A stretch of 64,000 nt of DNA from NCBI GenBank assembly GCA_017652285.1, contig JAGCBF010000345.1:8028-72027 (forward strand), written 5' to 3'. The position numbers were made by a program, and so were the translations under genes. Shown here one piece after another: positions 5,675 through 15,064 of the stretch. The notes under the pieces were generated by a model, which saw only the letters and a program-made list of their open reading frames with translations, was not told the DNA's origin and made no database searches. Each line of letters begins with the position of its first letter. The first letter of the stretch is position 1. The stretch is from Atopobiaceae bacterium (GTDB taxonomy: Bacteria > Actinomycetota > Coriobacteriia > Coriobacteriales > Atopobiaceae).

Positions 5675-8536
5675 CTACCAGTTTTTGTGGAACGCGACTA
5701 TGTTGCGGTCGTCGTAGCGCACGTACGACATGTCGTCCACGTAGGTCAAGACGAGCCCGATGCCCATGCCGGTGACCTCGTCTCCCTCTTCGCCCTTTTG
5801 ATACTCGAGCGGGTTGAAGGCCGGACCCCAGTCCGACAAGCCAATGGTAATGGAGCTGGGATTGCTGTTGTACAAGTATTCGACAAGCACCTTGCCCGGC
5901 TTTTCCAAATTCGCATAGCTGTGCTGGTAGATGTTGGTAAAGAGCTCTTCTACCACCAGGTCGATTTGCCGCTGCGTTTGCGCGGGGCATTGCATCTGCG
6001 ACAGCTCGAAGTGTAAGCGGTGCTTGAGGTCTCCCAGAGCCTCTGGCGTGGCTTCCACGGTAAACGACCCGGAAACTTCGGGAGGCACGCCATACTCCAG
6101 GCAAAGCGCGGTGATGTCGTCCGACTGCTCCGCGCCGTGGGCCCATCTTCGTACGTCCGCCTTGAGCATCTCGACAAGGATGCGTGGGTGCAAGTCGGTG
6201 TGTTTGGAAAGGAACGCCTCCAAGCGATCGTTGCCATACTCTTCCTCGTCTACGGAAAACGCCTCGTTGACGCCATCCGTATAGAGAAGGATCTGGTCGC
6301 CGGGAACCAGGTCTAGGGTGGCAGACGTATACTGCGCGGTCTCGAAGGTGCCCAAGAACAGGCCGTTTCGGCGTTTGAGCCATTGCCACGTGCCGTTGTG
6401 GCGAATCAACGGTGGGTTGTGCCCGGCGTTGACGTATGTTAGGAGGCCCGTCTTGTAGTCAAGCGTGGCGGCCCATACCGTAACGAACATGCCCGCCTCG
6501 TTGTGCATGCAAAGCGAGCGATTGGCGCTTCGTACGGCCTCCGAGAGGGCCATGCCAGATTGGATGTAGTTGCCAAGTTCCGACTTCGCAGCCATCATGA
6601 ACAGCGAGGCGGGTATGCCCTTACCGCTTACGTCGGCAATCAGGAAGCACAGCGTGTGGTCATCGACCAAAAAGAAGTCGTAGAAGTCCCCGCCCACCTC
6701 GCGTGCGGCGTTCATCGAGGCGTATATGTCAAAGGCGTCGATGTCGGGGAAGGGTGGAAACGTGCGCGGAAGCGAGGATTCTTGAATCGCCTTGGCAGTG
6801 GCCAGGTCGTTCTCTATGCGAGCGCTTTCGGCGGCGATCGCCTCGCGCAGGGCGCCTACCGTCCTGTTGATGTCGTCGGAAAGCGACGCGAACTCGGTGC
6901 TGCCCCGTACGTTTACCTGCGCCTCGAGGTCGCCGGACGTAATCTTGTCTAACGTGCCGTTTACCTGCCAAATGCTCGACACGACCACGTTTTTTATGAG
7001 TATGTAGATGGCTGCGAAGAGCGCTGCAAAAATGACGACCTCCATAAACGACGTCACCAGGACTGCAAGGTCGCGGCTTTGGTCTGCTTCGGCTATGGGA
7101 AGCATGGCCACCACCCGCAGGCTCTCCGCGTCTTGGTGCATGGCAAAGTAGGGTGCGTTGTGCAGCGCGGTGGTAAACATTTCGTTGGGTTCGCATGCGT
7201 TCGAGTCGGCATAGATCTCTTGTCCCTCGCGTTGGCTCACGAACACGTCGGAACGCATGCCCACGCACGAACCGTCCTCGGTAAACACAAGAAGCATGCC
7301 GCCGTGTCCCACGTGACGATTGGCAACCGTGGCCTCTACCTTAGAGGCAATGTCGACCAAAAAGCGTTCGGAGTCATAGCCTACCTGCACGAATCCCCCT
7401 TCGATGCGCACGCCGGCATACTTGCGCCACCGAGAGCCGTCCATGGATATGGGCTGGAAGTCCTGTACGTAGGAGTTCGATCTTCCGCCAGGAAGAAGTA
7501 CCAAGAACTCCCTTGACTGCGATCCCGAGCCCATGTCGAACCCCAGGTATTCGGATTTGCTGCTTGCGACGATGATGCCTCGTGCGTCCACCACGTGGAT
7601 CTCGCTTACGTCGAGCACGCTTACGAGTGCGTCGATGACCTCTTGGGTCGCAACGTCGACGGACGGAATGGCTTCTGCGGCACGGCGCGTGAGCTCTAGG
7701 AGGTTGGCGTTAGAGGCATCCTGGATGTCTTCCTGAGCGTCATGGAGCTCCAAGGCCAAGGTGTCCATGGCATTTGAGTAGACCGTGTTGTTTTGCAGTA
7801 CGTACGTGAATCCCAGCGAGGCGACAAAGCCTATGACGACCACGGCGAGCATGTCTATTTGAATGACCTGCGAGATGCCGCGGGTCTCTTCTCGGTGCGG
7901 GAGCTTTTGTCCGCTTATAAACGCGATGACCGCGCTCGACAACGCCACGGATATGCCTACGCAGCTGATCATGGGCCACGAGCAGGCCTGCACGACGCGG
8001 AAGGCCCGAGTCGACTCGCCCATGTTGGTTATGAACACGAGCAGCAGGTGAAGAACCTCAACGACCATGCCTATGGCCAAAGAGATGGGCCAACTGGGCT
8101 TGCGCTCGTCGAGCACATAGCGCCTGAGCGCGGCGGCATAAAAGCCTGCGAAGATGGTGCCTAAGGTGCATGCAAGGCGCGTGAACATGCCCGTGCCCCA
8201 CAGGACGGAAAACCAGCGCTCGACGCCACCGATGATGCCCGCGATGATGCCGGCGGGTCCGCCAAAGAACAGGCCGGCCACGATTGGCGCCGCATCTCGA
8301 ACGTTCATGACGGCGTCGTCCGTCTTGATGCCAAATTCGGTTCCGTAGATGGCGATGGCGCCAAATATGACGCCTATGATGACCTGTCTTTGAGGGTAGC
8401 TTCTATTGGCCAGCAGCGGGCGCTTTTCCAGTTTGGTCAGCACGGCTCCGGCAAGCACGGGCAAGAGCGTGGCAATGGCAAACTGCACGATGATTGCTAT
8501 GGATTCTGACGAAAGCATGGATGTGCCTCGGTTCAT
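5675..8536 (-). CDS. Membrane sensor: LytS-type 5TM receptor domain, extracytoplasmic region, HAMP, PP2C (SpoIIE/RsbU-type) phosphatase and RsbW-like HATPase domain
   Basis: The N-terminus VMNVRDAAPIVAGLFFGGPAGIIAGIIGGVERWF is typical of the 5TMR-LYT domain. HAMP-like: ITSGDLEAQVNVRGSTEFASLSDDINRTV. PP2C: EVGGDFYDF and ADVSGKGIPASLFM. The C-terminal ATPase has N-box EELFTNIYQHS and GMGIGL. An alternative start is ATG 8518, which has GAGG 7 nt upstream. Confidence 0.85.
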   Translation of the reverse strand: MNRGTSMLSSESIAIIVQFAIATLLPVLAGAVLTKLEKRPLLANRSYPQRQVIIGVIFGAIAIYGTEFGIKTDDAVMNVRDAAPIVAGLFFGGPAGIIAGIIGGVERWFSVLWGTGMFTRLACTLGTIFAGFYAAALRRYVLDERKPSWPISLAIGMVVEVLHLLLVFITNMGESTRAFRVVQACSWPMISCVGISVALSSAVIAFISGQKLPHREETRGISQVIQIDMLAVVVIGFVASLGFTYVLQNNTVYSNAMDTLALELHDAQEDIQDASNANLLELTRRAAEAIPSVDVATQEVIDALVSVLDVSEIHVVDARGIIVASSKSEYLGFDMGSGSQSREFLVLLPGGRSNSYVQDFQPISMDGSRWRKYAGVRIEGGFVQVGYDSERFLVDIASKVEATVANRHVGHGGMLLVFTEDGSCVGMRSDVFVSQREGQEIYADSNACEPNEMFTTALHNAPYFAMHQDAESLRVVAMLPIAEADQSRDLAVLVTSFMEVVIFAALFAAIYILIKNVVVSSIWQVNGTLDKITSGDLEAQVNVRGSTEFASLSDDINRTVGALREAIAAESARIENDLATAKAIQESSLPRTFPPFPDIDAFDIYASMNAAREVGGDFYDFFLVDDHTLCFLIADVSGKGIPASLFMMAAKSELGNYIQSGMALSEAVRSANRSLCMHNEAGMFVTVWAATLDYKTGLLTYVNAGHNPPLIRHNGTWQWLKRRNGLFLGTFETAQYTSATLDLVPGDQILLYTDGVNEAFSVDEEEYGNDRLEAFLSKHTDLHPRILVEMLKADVRRWAHGAEQSDDITALCLEYGVPPEVSGSFTVEATPEALGDLKHRLHFELSQMQCPAQTQRQIDLVVEELFTNIYQHSYANLEKPGKVLVEYLYNSNPSSITIGLSDWGPAFNPLEYQKGEEGDEVTGMGIGLVLTYVDDMSYVRYDDRNIVAFHKNW

Positions 8537-8645
8537 GCGCGTTCAACGTTTGGTATGTGCAGCTTACCATATGAGGTTTGTGCGCATACGGGTCGAAATA
8601 ACAAAACAGGCCAGATGCTTACGGCACCTGACCTGCGGTTTCACG

Positions 8646-8721
8646 TGGTGGGCCGTCAGGGTTTCGAACCCTGGACCTTGGGATTAAAAGTCCCCTGCTC
8701 TGCCAACTGAGCTAACGGCCC
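8646..8721 (-). tRNA. tRNA-Lys (anticodon TTT)
   Basis: The reverse complement is GGGCCGTTAGCTCAGTTGGCAGAGCAGGGGACTTTTAATCCCAAGGTCCAGGGTTCGAAACCCTGACGGCCCACCA. Acceptor GGGCCGT pairs with ACGGCCC. The anticodon loop is CTTTTAA. The T-arm is CAGGG-TTCGAAA-CCCTG. Confidence 0.93.
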
Positions 8722-8732
8722 GCAACAAGTCG

Positions 8733-8741
8733 ATTCTAGCA
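8733..8741 (-). promoter_or_regulatory. Candidate extended -10 promoter for tRNA-Lys
   Basis: The minus strand has TGcTAGAAT ending 11 nt upstream of the tRNA 5' end. Confidence 0.4.
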
Positions 8742-8897
8742 CGTTACCGGGAGGGCGAGTAGCGGGAATTGTGCCAAATAGCCATGTGTGTACCGCCCAA
8801 GTAGATATAAGTTTTCGCTCCCTACCGAATACTGACGGTAACCTGAGCTAAAAAGTGATAATGTTAGGCGATGTTTAATCAAGTGGGAGATACAATC

Positions 8898-11800
8898 ATG
8901 GATTCCATCGCTGACTCCAACCAAAACGTACACGCCCAGCGATCGACCGAGTCGCATGCACCGCAGGTCGAGCATGGAGGCCCTCCCCCAGGTGTGCCAG
9001 GAGGACCTGTTGGGGGAGCGCCGGCAGGCCCCCCACCGGGATTGGATCCAGTTTCTGGGGCACTCAACCTAGCGGCATTTGGCATCGGGTATGTAAAGGC
9101 GATCAAAGAGGGCACGCACGAGTGCCTGGCCATGTGGTTTATCGACGTGCGCAACTTTAGGTCGATCAACCCCAAGTTTGGCTTTTTGGCAGGCAATACG
9201 GTGCTCAAGCTCATGGCGCAGGGAATACGGAAGACCTTGTGTCACGACTTGCCGGTCGCGCGCTTGGGCGGCGATCGCTTTATCGTGCTCACGGAAGGGC
9301 TAGACTACGACGCCGCACAGGCGGCATTCAGTAGGCTGCAATCCTATTTGGAAGAGGAACTGCCCAAGTCGGGTATCAAGAGCGCGCTGGTGCTTTCGGG
9401 TGGCGTGTGCTATCTGAGGCCAGAAGACGCTGGCAATCCGAGCTTCCAGCGTCCCCTTGACTACGCATCCATCGCACATCGCAGCGCGCACGAAAACCCG
9501 CGCAGTAGCTTGGTCCGCTTTACCGACGAGGACCTCAAGGCAGACATGCGTCGCATCGCCATAGAGCAGAGCATAGACCAGGCGTTGGAGAACGGGCAGA
9601 TAGAGGTTTGGTTCCAACCCCAAATCGACTACACGTTTGGCGAGGTCATTGGTGCCGAGGCGCTGGCGCGGTGGCATCACCCGGACTTGGGTTGGATCAG
9701 TCCTGCGGAGTTTATCCCCATTTTGGAGAATTGCGGCAAGGTGCATGACCTCGACCTCTTTATTTGGGAAGAGGCCTGTCGAAGCGCCGGTCGTTGGCGG
9801 AGCATGTCCGACGGCAAGCCCATACCCATATCGGTAAACGTGTCTCGGTCCGAAATGTTCGAGCCAGACCTCATGGAGCATTTTTTGGAGCTGCACAGGA
9901 AATATGACTTGCCATGGGGAAGCCTGCACTTGGAAGTGACCGAAAGCGCCTTTGTGGAAGAGGCAGATCGTCTGTATTCCATCATCAAGCAGATGCGTGC
10001 GAACAAGATGATGGTAGAGATGGACGACTTTGGCAGCGGATTGTCGTCCCTTAACATGCTCAAGGACGTGCCGGTGGACGTGGTCAAGCTTGACATGGGC
10101 TTTATGCGCTCTGCGGTAAACGAGGACCGTGGGGGCGTGGTGCTGGGCTCGGTCATTCGTATGCTGCAAGGTTTGGACACGCCCATCATAGCGGAGGGCG
10201 TCGAGACGCTCGAGCAGGCAGAGATGCTCAAGAACATGGGCTGCCACCTCATGCAGGGGTTCCATTTTTCCAAGCCTATGCCGCGCAAGGATTTTGAGGA
10301 GTTCATCGCGATAAACCGCGCCGTAGAAAGCGCGGAGAAGCGCGAGCGGCCCGTATCGCATCTAAACGAAATCATGAGCGTCGATGCGTCGTCCTCATAC
10401 ATTTTTAACCACGCCATCGGTGGAGCGTTGTTCTTCTTTGCGGGAGAAGGCGCGTCGGAAAGCATTTTGGTAAACGATGCGTTCTATCGCGAATGTGGAC
10501 TTGATCGCAACATATTTGGCGATGCCAAGATCAATCCCGTAGCCGAGATCGAGCCGGATTCTCGTGCGACCCTATGGCGCGCCGCCGCCGAGGCGCGCGA
10601 GCGCGGATCGGCCATGTGTCGTGCGGAAGTGAGTGCTTCTAAGCGTTGGATAGAGTGCGTCATGCGCTATTTGGGGACGAGCGCGCGCGGTGACATCTAC
10701 ATCCTTAACATTGTGCGATCATACGAGAAGGGCGGTCCACAAGACAAGACGATTCAGGAGACGCAAGATATAGGTTGGAACCTTGACCTGCTGAACACGG
10801 TCGTGCCCAACGGGTTCATAAAGTGTGACCTGTCCGAATCGTTCCACTTCAACTATTGCAGCCATGAGCTTATCAACAAGTCGGGCTTGTCGCAGAGCGA
10901 GTTTATCCGTAGGTATCACAACTCGTTTTTGGAGACCGTATGCACCGAAGACCGCATGGACTTTATCGATGCGGTCAAGGAGAGCAAGTACACGAACAAC
11001 ACGTTTAACTGCGACATAAATGTGTACTACGGTTATGCGTCGGCCAAACGGCCCGTGCACATCGTGGGAAGGGTCAGCACAGACGAAGATGGCGACTCGT
11101 GGCTGTATGCCTTGGTCATGTTTATGGGCGACGTGCTAAAAGAAAACGTGTTTGACATGAGCGCGGACGACTCGCGCACCATACCCTTTGAGTATTTGGT
11201 CAAAGAGGACACGCTCATCATTCACGACAAGAAGCCGGACGGCACTGTTCAGGACGTAACCTATACCGACCTGGTAAAGTGGCTGGAACTGATGCCAGAC
11301 ATCATATCGCGGTCGAGCTCGGCAAAGATCATGTCCATGATTCGCGACCTGTATGGGCATCCGACGTCGGGCTTTATCGACATAAAGTGCAACCTACGAA
11401 GTGGCGACGCGCTGCGGTGGTACCACGTCGACTATGTTTGCGACGTGGACGAGAACAACAACACCAGCGTCATTCGCGGCTACGCGCAAGATGCCAACGA
11501 CCAAATGGGATCTGCACGCTGGTGGCGCCGTCAGGCAGAGATCGACCAGCTTACGGGGCTACTCAATCGCAACGCCGTGGAGCAGGAAATCAACCTGTCC
11601 ATGCGCGTGCAGGGTGCCGGCATGATGTTTATGATCGACCTCGACGGGTTTAAGCGCGTAAACGACGAGCTGGGCCATTTGGCAGGCGACGCCTTGCTGC
11701 GTGACGTTGCGAACACGCTTAAGGGCTGCTTCCGCGAGGGAGACTTGCTGGGTCGCTATGGCGGCGACGAGTTTGTCGCATTTGTTCCAGCCATAAGCAT

Positions 11801-12011
11801 GAACGCGCTCGAAATAGCAAAACGGCGCGCAAAGGTAGTGGTGGAAGCCGTGTCCAAGGTGACTGCTGCAGACGGAACGCATGCCGCCTGCAGCGTGGGC
11901 ATTGCCATATCCAACAACCCGGCGTCAACCTTCTACGACCTGCTGGAAGTGGCTGACGAGGCCATGTACAAGAGCAAGGAAGCCGGAAAGGGACGCTATA
12001 CCATCATATAG
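8898..12011 (+). CDS. Multidomain c-di-GMP turnover protein (degenerate GGDEF, EAL, PAS-like middle region, C-terminal GGDEF)
   Basis: The track ORF is 8871..12011. I prefer ATG 8898, which has GGGAGA 7 nt upstream. The N-terminal cyclase-like domain has the degenerate motif RLGGDRFIV. EAL domain: GAEALARWHHP, VTESAF, DDFGSGLSS, KLD. The C-terminal motif RYGGDEFVAF is intact. A Pro/Gly-rich N-terminal tail is present. Confidence 0.88.
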   Translation: MDSIADSNQNVHAQRSTESHAPQVEHGGPPPGVPGGPVGGAPAGPPPGLDPVSGALNLAAFGIGYVKAIKEGTHECLAMWFIDVRNFRSINPKFGFLAGNTVLKLMAQGIRKTLCHDLPVARLGGDRFIVLTEGLDYDAAQAAFSRLQSYLEEELPKSGIKSALVLSGGVCYLRPEDAGNPSFQRPLDYASIAHRSAHENPRSSLVRFTDEDLKADMRRIAIEQSIDQALENGQIEVWFQPQIDYTFGEVIGAEALARWHHPDLGWISPAEFIPILENCGKVHDLDLFIWEEACRSAGRWRSMSDGKPIPISVNVSRSEMFEPDLMEHFLELHRKYDLPWGSLHLEVTESAFVEEADRLYSIIKQMRANKMMVEMDDFGSGLSSLNMLKDVPVDVVKLDMGFMRSAVNEDRGGVVLGSVIRMLQGLDTPIIAEGVETLEQAEMLKNMGCHLMQGFHFSKPMPRKDFEEFIAINRAVESAEKRERPVSHLNEIMSVDASSSYIFNHAIGGALFFFAGEGASESILVNDAFYRECGLDRNIFGDAKINPVAEIEPDSRATLWRAAAEARERGSAMCRAEVSASKRWIECVMRYLGTSARGDIYILNIVRSYEKGGPQDKTIQETQDIGWNLDLLNTVVPNGFIKCDLSESFHFNYCSHELINKSGLSQSEFIRRYHNSFLETVCTEDRMDFIDAVKESKYTNNTFNCDINVYYGYASAKRPVHIVGRVSTDEDGDSWLYALVMFMGDVLKENVFDMSADDSRTIPFEYLVKEDTLIIHDKKPDGTVQDVTYTDLVKWLELMPDIISRSSSAKIMSMIRDLYGHPTSGFIDIKCNLRSGDALRWYHVDYVCDVDENNNTSVIRGYAQDANDQMGSARWWRRQAEIDQLTGLLNRNAVEQEINLSMRVQGAGMMFMIDLDGFKRVNDELGHLAGDALLRDVANTLKGCFREGDLLGRYGGDEFVAFVPAISMNALEIAKRRAKVVVEAVSKVTAADGTHAACSVGIAISNNPASTFYDLLEVADEAMYKSKEAGKGRYTII

Positions 12012-12030
12012 GCAAGCCGAATGGTAACAA

Positions 12031-12072
12031 GGGGGCGCCCCTCCCGTCCGTCGCGACAGGAGGGGCGCCCCC
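12031..12072. terminator. Bidirectional terminator hairpin between convergent genes
   Basis: gggggcgcccctcc (12031-12044) pairs with ggaggggcgccccc (12059-12072), giving a perfect 14-bp GC stem. Confidence 0.75.
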
Positions 12073-12093
12073 GTTGTTGTCTTTGCTGCAATC

Positions 12094-13272
12094 CTAGCTA
12101 CGCAGGCGGCGGTTGTCGGATGACGAGGGATTGAGAGAGAAGCTGCCGGCGTCTTCCATTTGCTGCAGGCGCGCCTCGCCCTCTTCGGCGATTTCGCGGA
12201 ACTGCTGGATGGTCTGCTGCATTTGCGGCAGCGCCTTGAGCTTGTAGTCGGTGATGTCGTCCAAGGCAGACAGCGTGTCTTGGAAGGCGGTCTTGAGCGT
12301 CTCGGGAGAGATGGCGGCATCGGTCGCCTGCTTTTGGATGGCCACGCCCTGCTCCTTGAGCATGCGCGACGTAGCCGAGATCATGTCGTTGGTCGCGGAG
12401 TTGAGCGCTTGCACCTTTTCGAGCACGATGCGCTGGTTGTACAGGGCACCCGCAACCGTTACGGCCGTGCGCAGGGCTGCGACGGTTACGCTTTCTGCAC
12501 GGTCGACCGCGCGGATGAGCTCCAGGTTGTTCTTGCGAATGACCTCCATGGCCACGATACCCTGCTGATTGACCACCAAGAGTTGCTGGAAGTCCATGAT
12601 CTTTTGGCGCAGCGGGAAGATGACCTCCTCTTCCAAAAAGCGGGTCTTGTCATCGTCGCCACCGGTTTCCGCGCGATAGTTGTCAAGCGCGTTGGAAAGG
12701 TAGACGTCCAGGTCTTGGGCCATCTCGAGACGCTGGTTGAGCTGCTTGGTAAGGTCGCGCATGCCGCCGGCCTCAAGCTCCAAGGTCACGTTGTCCTTGC
12801 GCAGGGTCTCGCGACCGCGGTCGAGTGACTTGACGATCTCTGCGATCTCCGCATCGGCCGACTTGTAGCGGTCGAAGTAACGACGCACGGGGTTGAACAG
12901 ACGACCCATGGCGCCCTGCTTCATAAAGTCGATGCCCGAGGGGTCAAGGTCGCGCATCTTGATGGCAAGGTCCTCAAGGCCCTTTGCCACCTCGCCCGAC
13001 TCGCTGCCGGACTTGGAGAGGTCGGCCATGCGACGGGCAAGGATGTCGTTTTTGGAGGACGACTTGCGAACCAGGTCGGAGCCAAGGTCCTCCACCGCGG
13101 AGGTTATCTCGCGGCGGCTTTGCACGGAGTCGAGATCGACCGCCAGGATCTCCTCGCCCTTCTTTTCGGCCGTGCTGTTGATGACCTCGGCGTGCTCCAC
13201 GGTAACGGCGAGCTCCTGCTCAACCTTTTCCTTTACCTCTTCTGGCTCGGGAATCTCTAGATCGAATGCCAT
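12094..13272 (-). CDS. telA: TelA/YaaN-family toxic-anion-resistance protein
   Basis: 392 aa. The protein is largely helical and acidic. Segments such as DLDPSGIDFMKQGAMGRLFNPVRRYFDRYKSADAEIAEIVKSLDRGRETLRKDNVTLE are typical of TelA. GAAAGGAAGGAA lies upstream of the ATG. Confidence 0.85.
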   Translation of the reverse strand: MAFDLEIPEPEEVKEKVEQELAVTVEHAEVINSTAEKKGEEILAVDLDSVQSRREITSAVEDLGSDLVRKSSSKNDILARRMADLSKSGSESGEVAKGLEDLAIKMRDLDPSGIDFMKQGAMGRLFNPVRRYFDRYKSADAEIAEIVKSLDRGRETLRKDNVTLELEAGGMRDLTKQLNQRLEMAQDLDVYLSNALDNYRAETGGDDDKTRFLEEEVIFPLRQKIMDFQQLLVVNQQGIVAMEVIRKNNLELIRAVDRAESVTVAALRTAVTVAGALYNQRIVLEKVQALNSATNDMISATSRMLKEQGVAIQKQATDAAISPETLKTAFQDTLSALDDITDYKLKALPQMQQTIQQFREIAEEGEARLQQMEDAGSFSLNPSSSDNRRLRS

Positions 13273-13334
13273 GGTTCCTTCCTTTCTGGCTACCAGGCGG
13301 GGCAGGCGTTGTTCCTTGCCCCGGCGCTACCTTG

Positions 13335-15023
13335 TTACATGTTGGCGTTGAATAGGTTCCTGAGTTGATATGTTACGTCATCGGTGGACGCATCGATGCT
13401 GGCCGCCTCATTAATGCTGCTGATTTTTTGCAAAGCGCTAATATTGGCGTTGTATCCAATGGTGTAGATGGGAATCCTGAGTCCGCCAATGACGCCCTCC
13501 ATGTCTTCGAAGCCCACGACGCCTTGGTTTGTCTCGCCGTCGGAAAGCACAAAGATCATGGGCTTGGCGTCGGGCGTGTCGGCGACGGCCTTTTGGATGA
13601 GGTCAGCGGCCACGATGATGGCGTCGTAGGTCGCGGTGCCGCCTGCGGCACGCATGTGCTCGACGGCGCCCTTGAAGTACGCCTGTTGCTTGAGGTCAAA
13701 CTTCTTTATGGGAACGTTGATGGTCACGAAGTCGGAATAGGAGACAAGCCCCACGTAGTTCTCGTTGTTGATATAGCGCATGCTGTTGACCAGCGACGTC
13801 TGCAGCTCGGTAAGCGGGGTGCCGCTCATGGATCCGCTCACGTCTGCGACGAACACCGCCATGACGGGACGGCCGGTGTCCTTGTTCTTCTTGTACAGCT
13901 CCTGGGCAGCCACGAGCACGTCACCCGATACCTCGGGGACCTCGCTCACGTAGTCGTCCCTGCCGTTGAAGCCGTACTGGTCTGCGAGCTCCTTGCCGTT
14001 TTCGTCGCAGTATTGGGCAAAGAGCTCCAAGATCTTGCGCTGCGTGGCGCTTGCCGTGGGGCACGAGACGAGCGGGTTGTCGTGACGGTACCCAAAGGGG
14101 ACGAACTTGTACGTGCTCTGCAGCGAAGGGTCGTTTTGGTACAGCTGCCATTCCAACACGAAGCCGTCCAAGGAGCCGCGCTCTGCCGCGTCGCGCATTT
14201 GGACGGTGGTGAGCGCCACAAACGGCACGTTGGACTGGAACTGCCTGAAGCCTTCGGTCGCCTTGTCGGAAAGCGGGTTAGCGGCGTCGTAGCGCAGCAA
14301 GGTGGAAACCAAGAAGTTGAAGCCTGTGCTGCTGGTAAAGGGGTTGGTGTAGCCCATGGTGAGGTCGCCAGAGCCCACGGCCTCGGTAACGGCCTTGAGG
14401 TCCACGGTGCCGTACTTGTCCATGAGGGCCTGATAGTGCTCCTCGTTGAGCAGGATGCCGCCCACGTTGCCCACCAGGCGCTCGCGCACGACCTCGGTCT
14501 TTATGCCCTTGCCCGAAAGCAGGTTGACGAACAGCATGTTGGAGGGGGTGTAGCCCGCCGGCGTGGCCTTGCCGGTGGAGATGTAGTCTACGCCCAGACC
14601 ACTGCTCATGCTGCGGATCTGCACCGAGACGTCCTGCCCGTCCACCTGCGGCTCCGTGGCGTTAAACGCGTCGGCCATCTCGCGCAGCCAGCCATCCGTG
14701 CCCTGGCCGGCCTTTTCGGGAGAAGACCAGATCTCGGCATACGTGCTTGTCGTGGCCTTGGTCACGACCGCGTTGGTGTCGAGGTCGGGGAGCTCCTCTG
14801 CCGTGGTGTCCTTTTCGGTGTACTCCACAGACGACTGGATGGGTTCGGCCGTGTCGGGGTCGATCTCCTTCATCATGTCTGCGAGCTGCTGGGTGGCGGT
14901 CTCGGTGCTTACGGTACGCTTGGTCTTGCCCACGTCCCGCGTTAGGCGAAGCACCCCAAACACCAGGGCACTTATGACGACAAGGCCCACGACCAAGCCA
15001 ATAACGACCCGCTTCTTTGCCAT
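13335..15023 (-). CDS. Membrane-anchored substrate-binding-like plus von Willebrand factor A (vWA) domain protein
   Basis: AGGAGG lies upstream of the ATG. The N-terminal TM segment is VVIGLVVGLVVISALVFGVL. A solute-binding-like domain of about 330 aa follows. The C-terminal vWA domain has the MIDAS motif VADVSGSMSG, and later VLSDGETNQG. Confidence 0.85.
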   Translation of the reverse strand: MAKKRVVIGLVVGLVVISALVFGVLRLTRDVGKTKRTVSTETATQQLADMMKEIDPDTAEPIQSSVEYTEKDTTAEELPDLDTNAVVTKATTSTYAEIWSSPEKAGQGTDGWLREMADAFNATEPQVDGQDVSVQIRSMSSGLGVDYISTGKATPAGYTPSNMLFVNLLSGKGIKTEVVRERLVGNVGGILLNEEHYQALMDKYGTVDLKAVTEAVGSGDLTMGYTNPFTSSTGFNFLVSTLLRYDAANPLSDKATEGFRQFQSNVPFVALTTVQMRDAAERGSLDGFVLEWQLYQNDPSLQSTYKFVPFGYRHDNPLVSCPTASATQRKILELFAQYCDENGKELADQYGFNGRDDYVSEVPEVSGDVLVAAQELYKKNKDTGRPVMAVFVADVSGSMSGTPLTELQTSLVNSMRYINNENYVGLVSYSDFVTINVPIKKFDLKQQAYFKGAVEHMRAAGGTATYDAIIVAADLIQKAVADTPDAKPMIFVLSDGETNQGVVGFEDMEGVIGGLRIPIYTIGYNANISALQKISSINEAASIDASTDDVTYQLRNLFNANM

Positions 15024-15064
15024 TTTTCCTCCTTGGATGAGCGGCCTTGCGGCCGTTGACTAGG

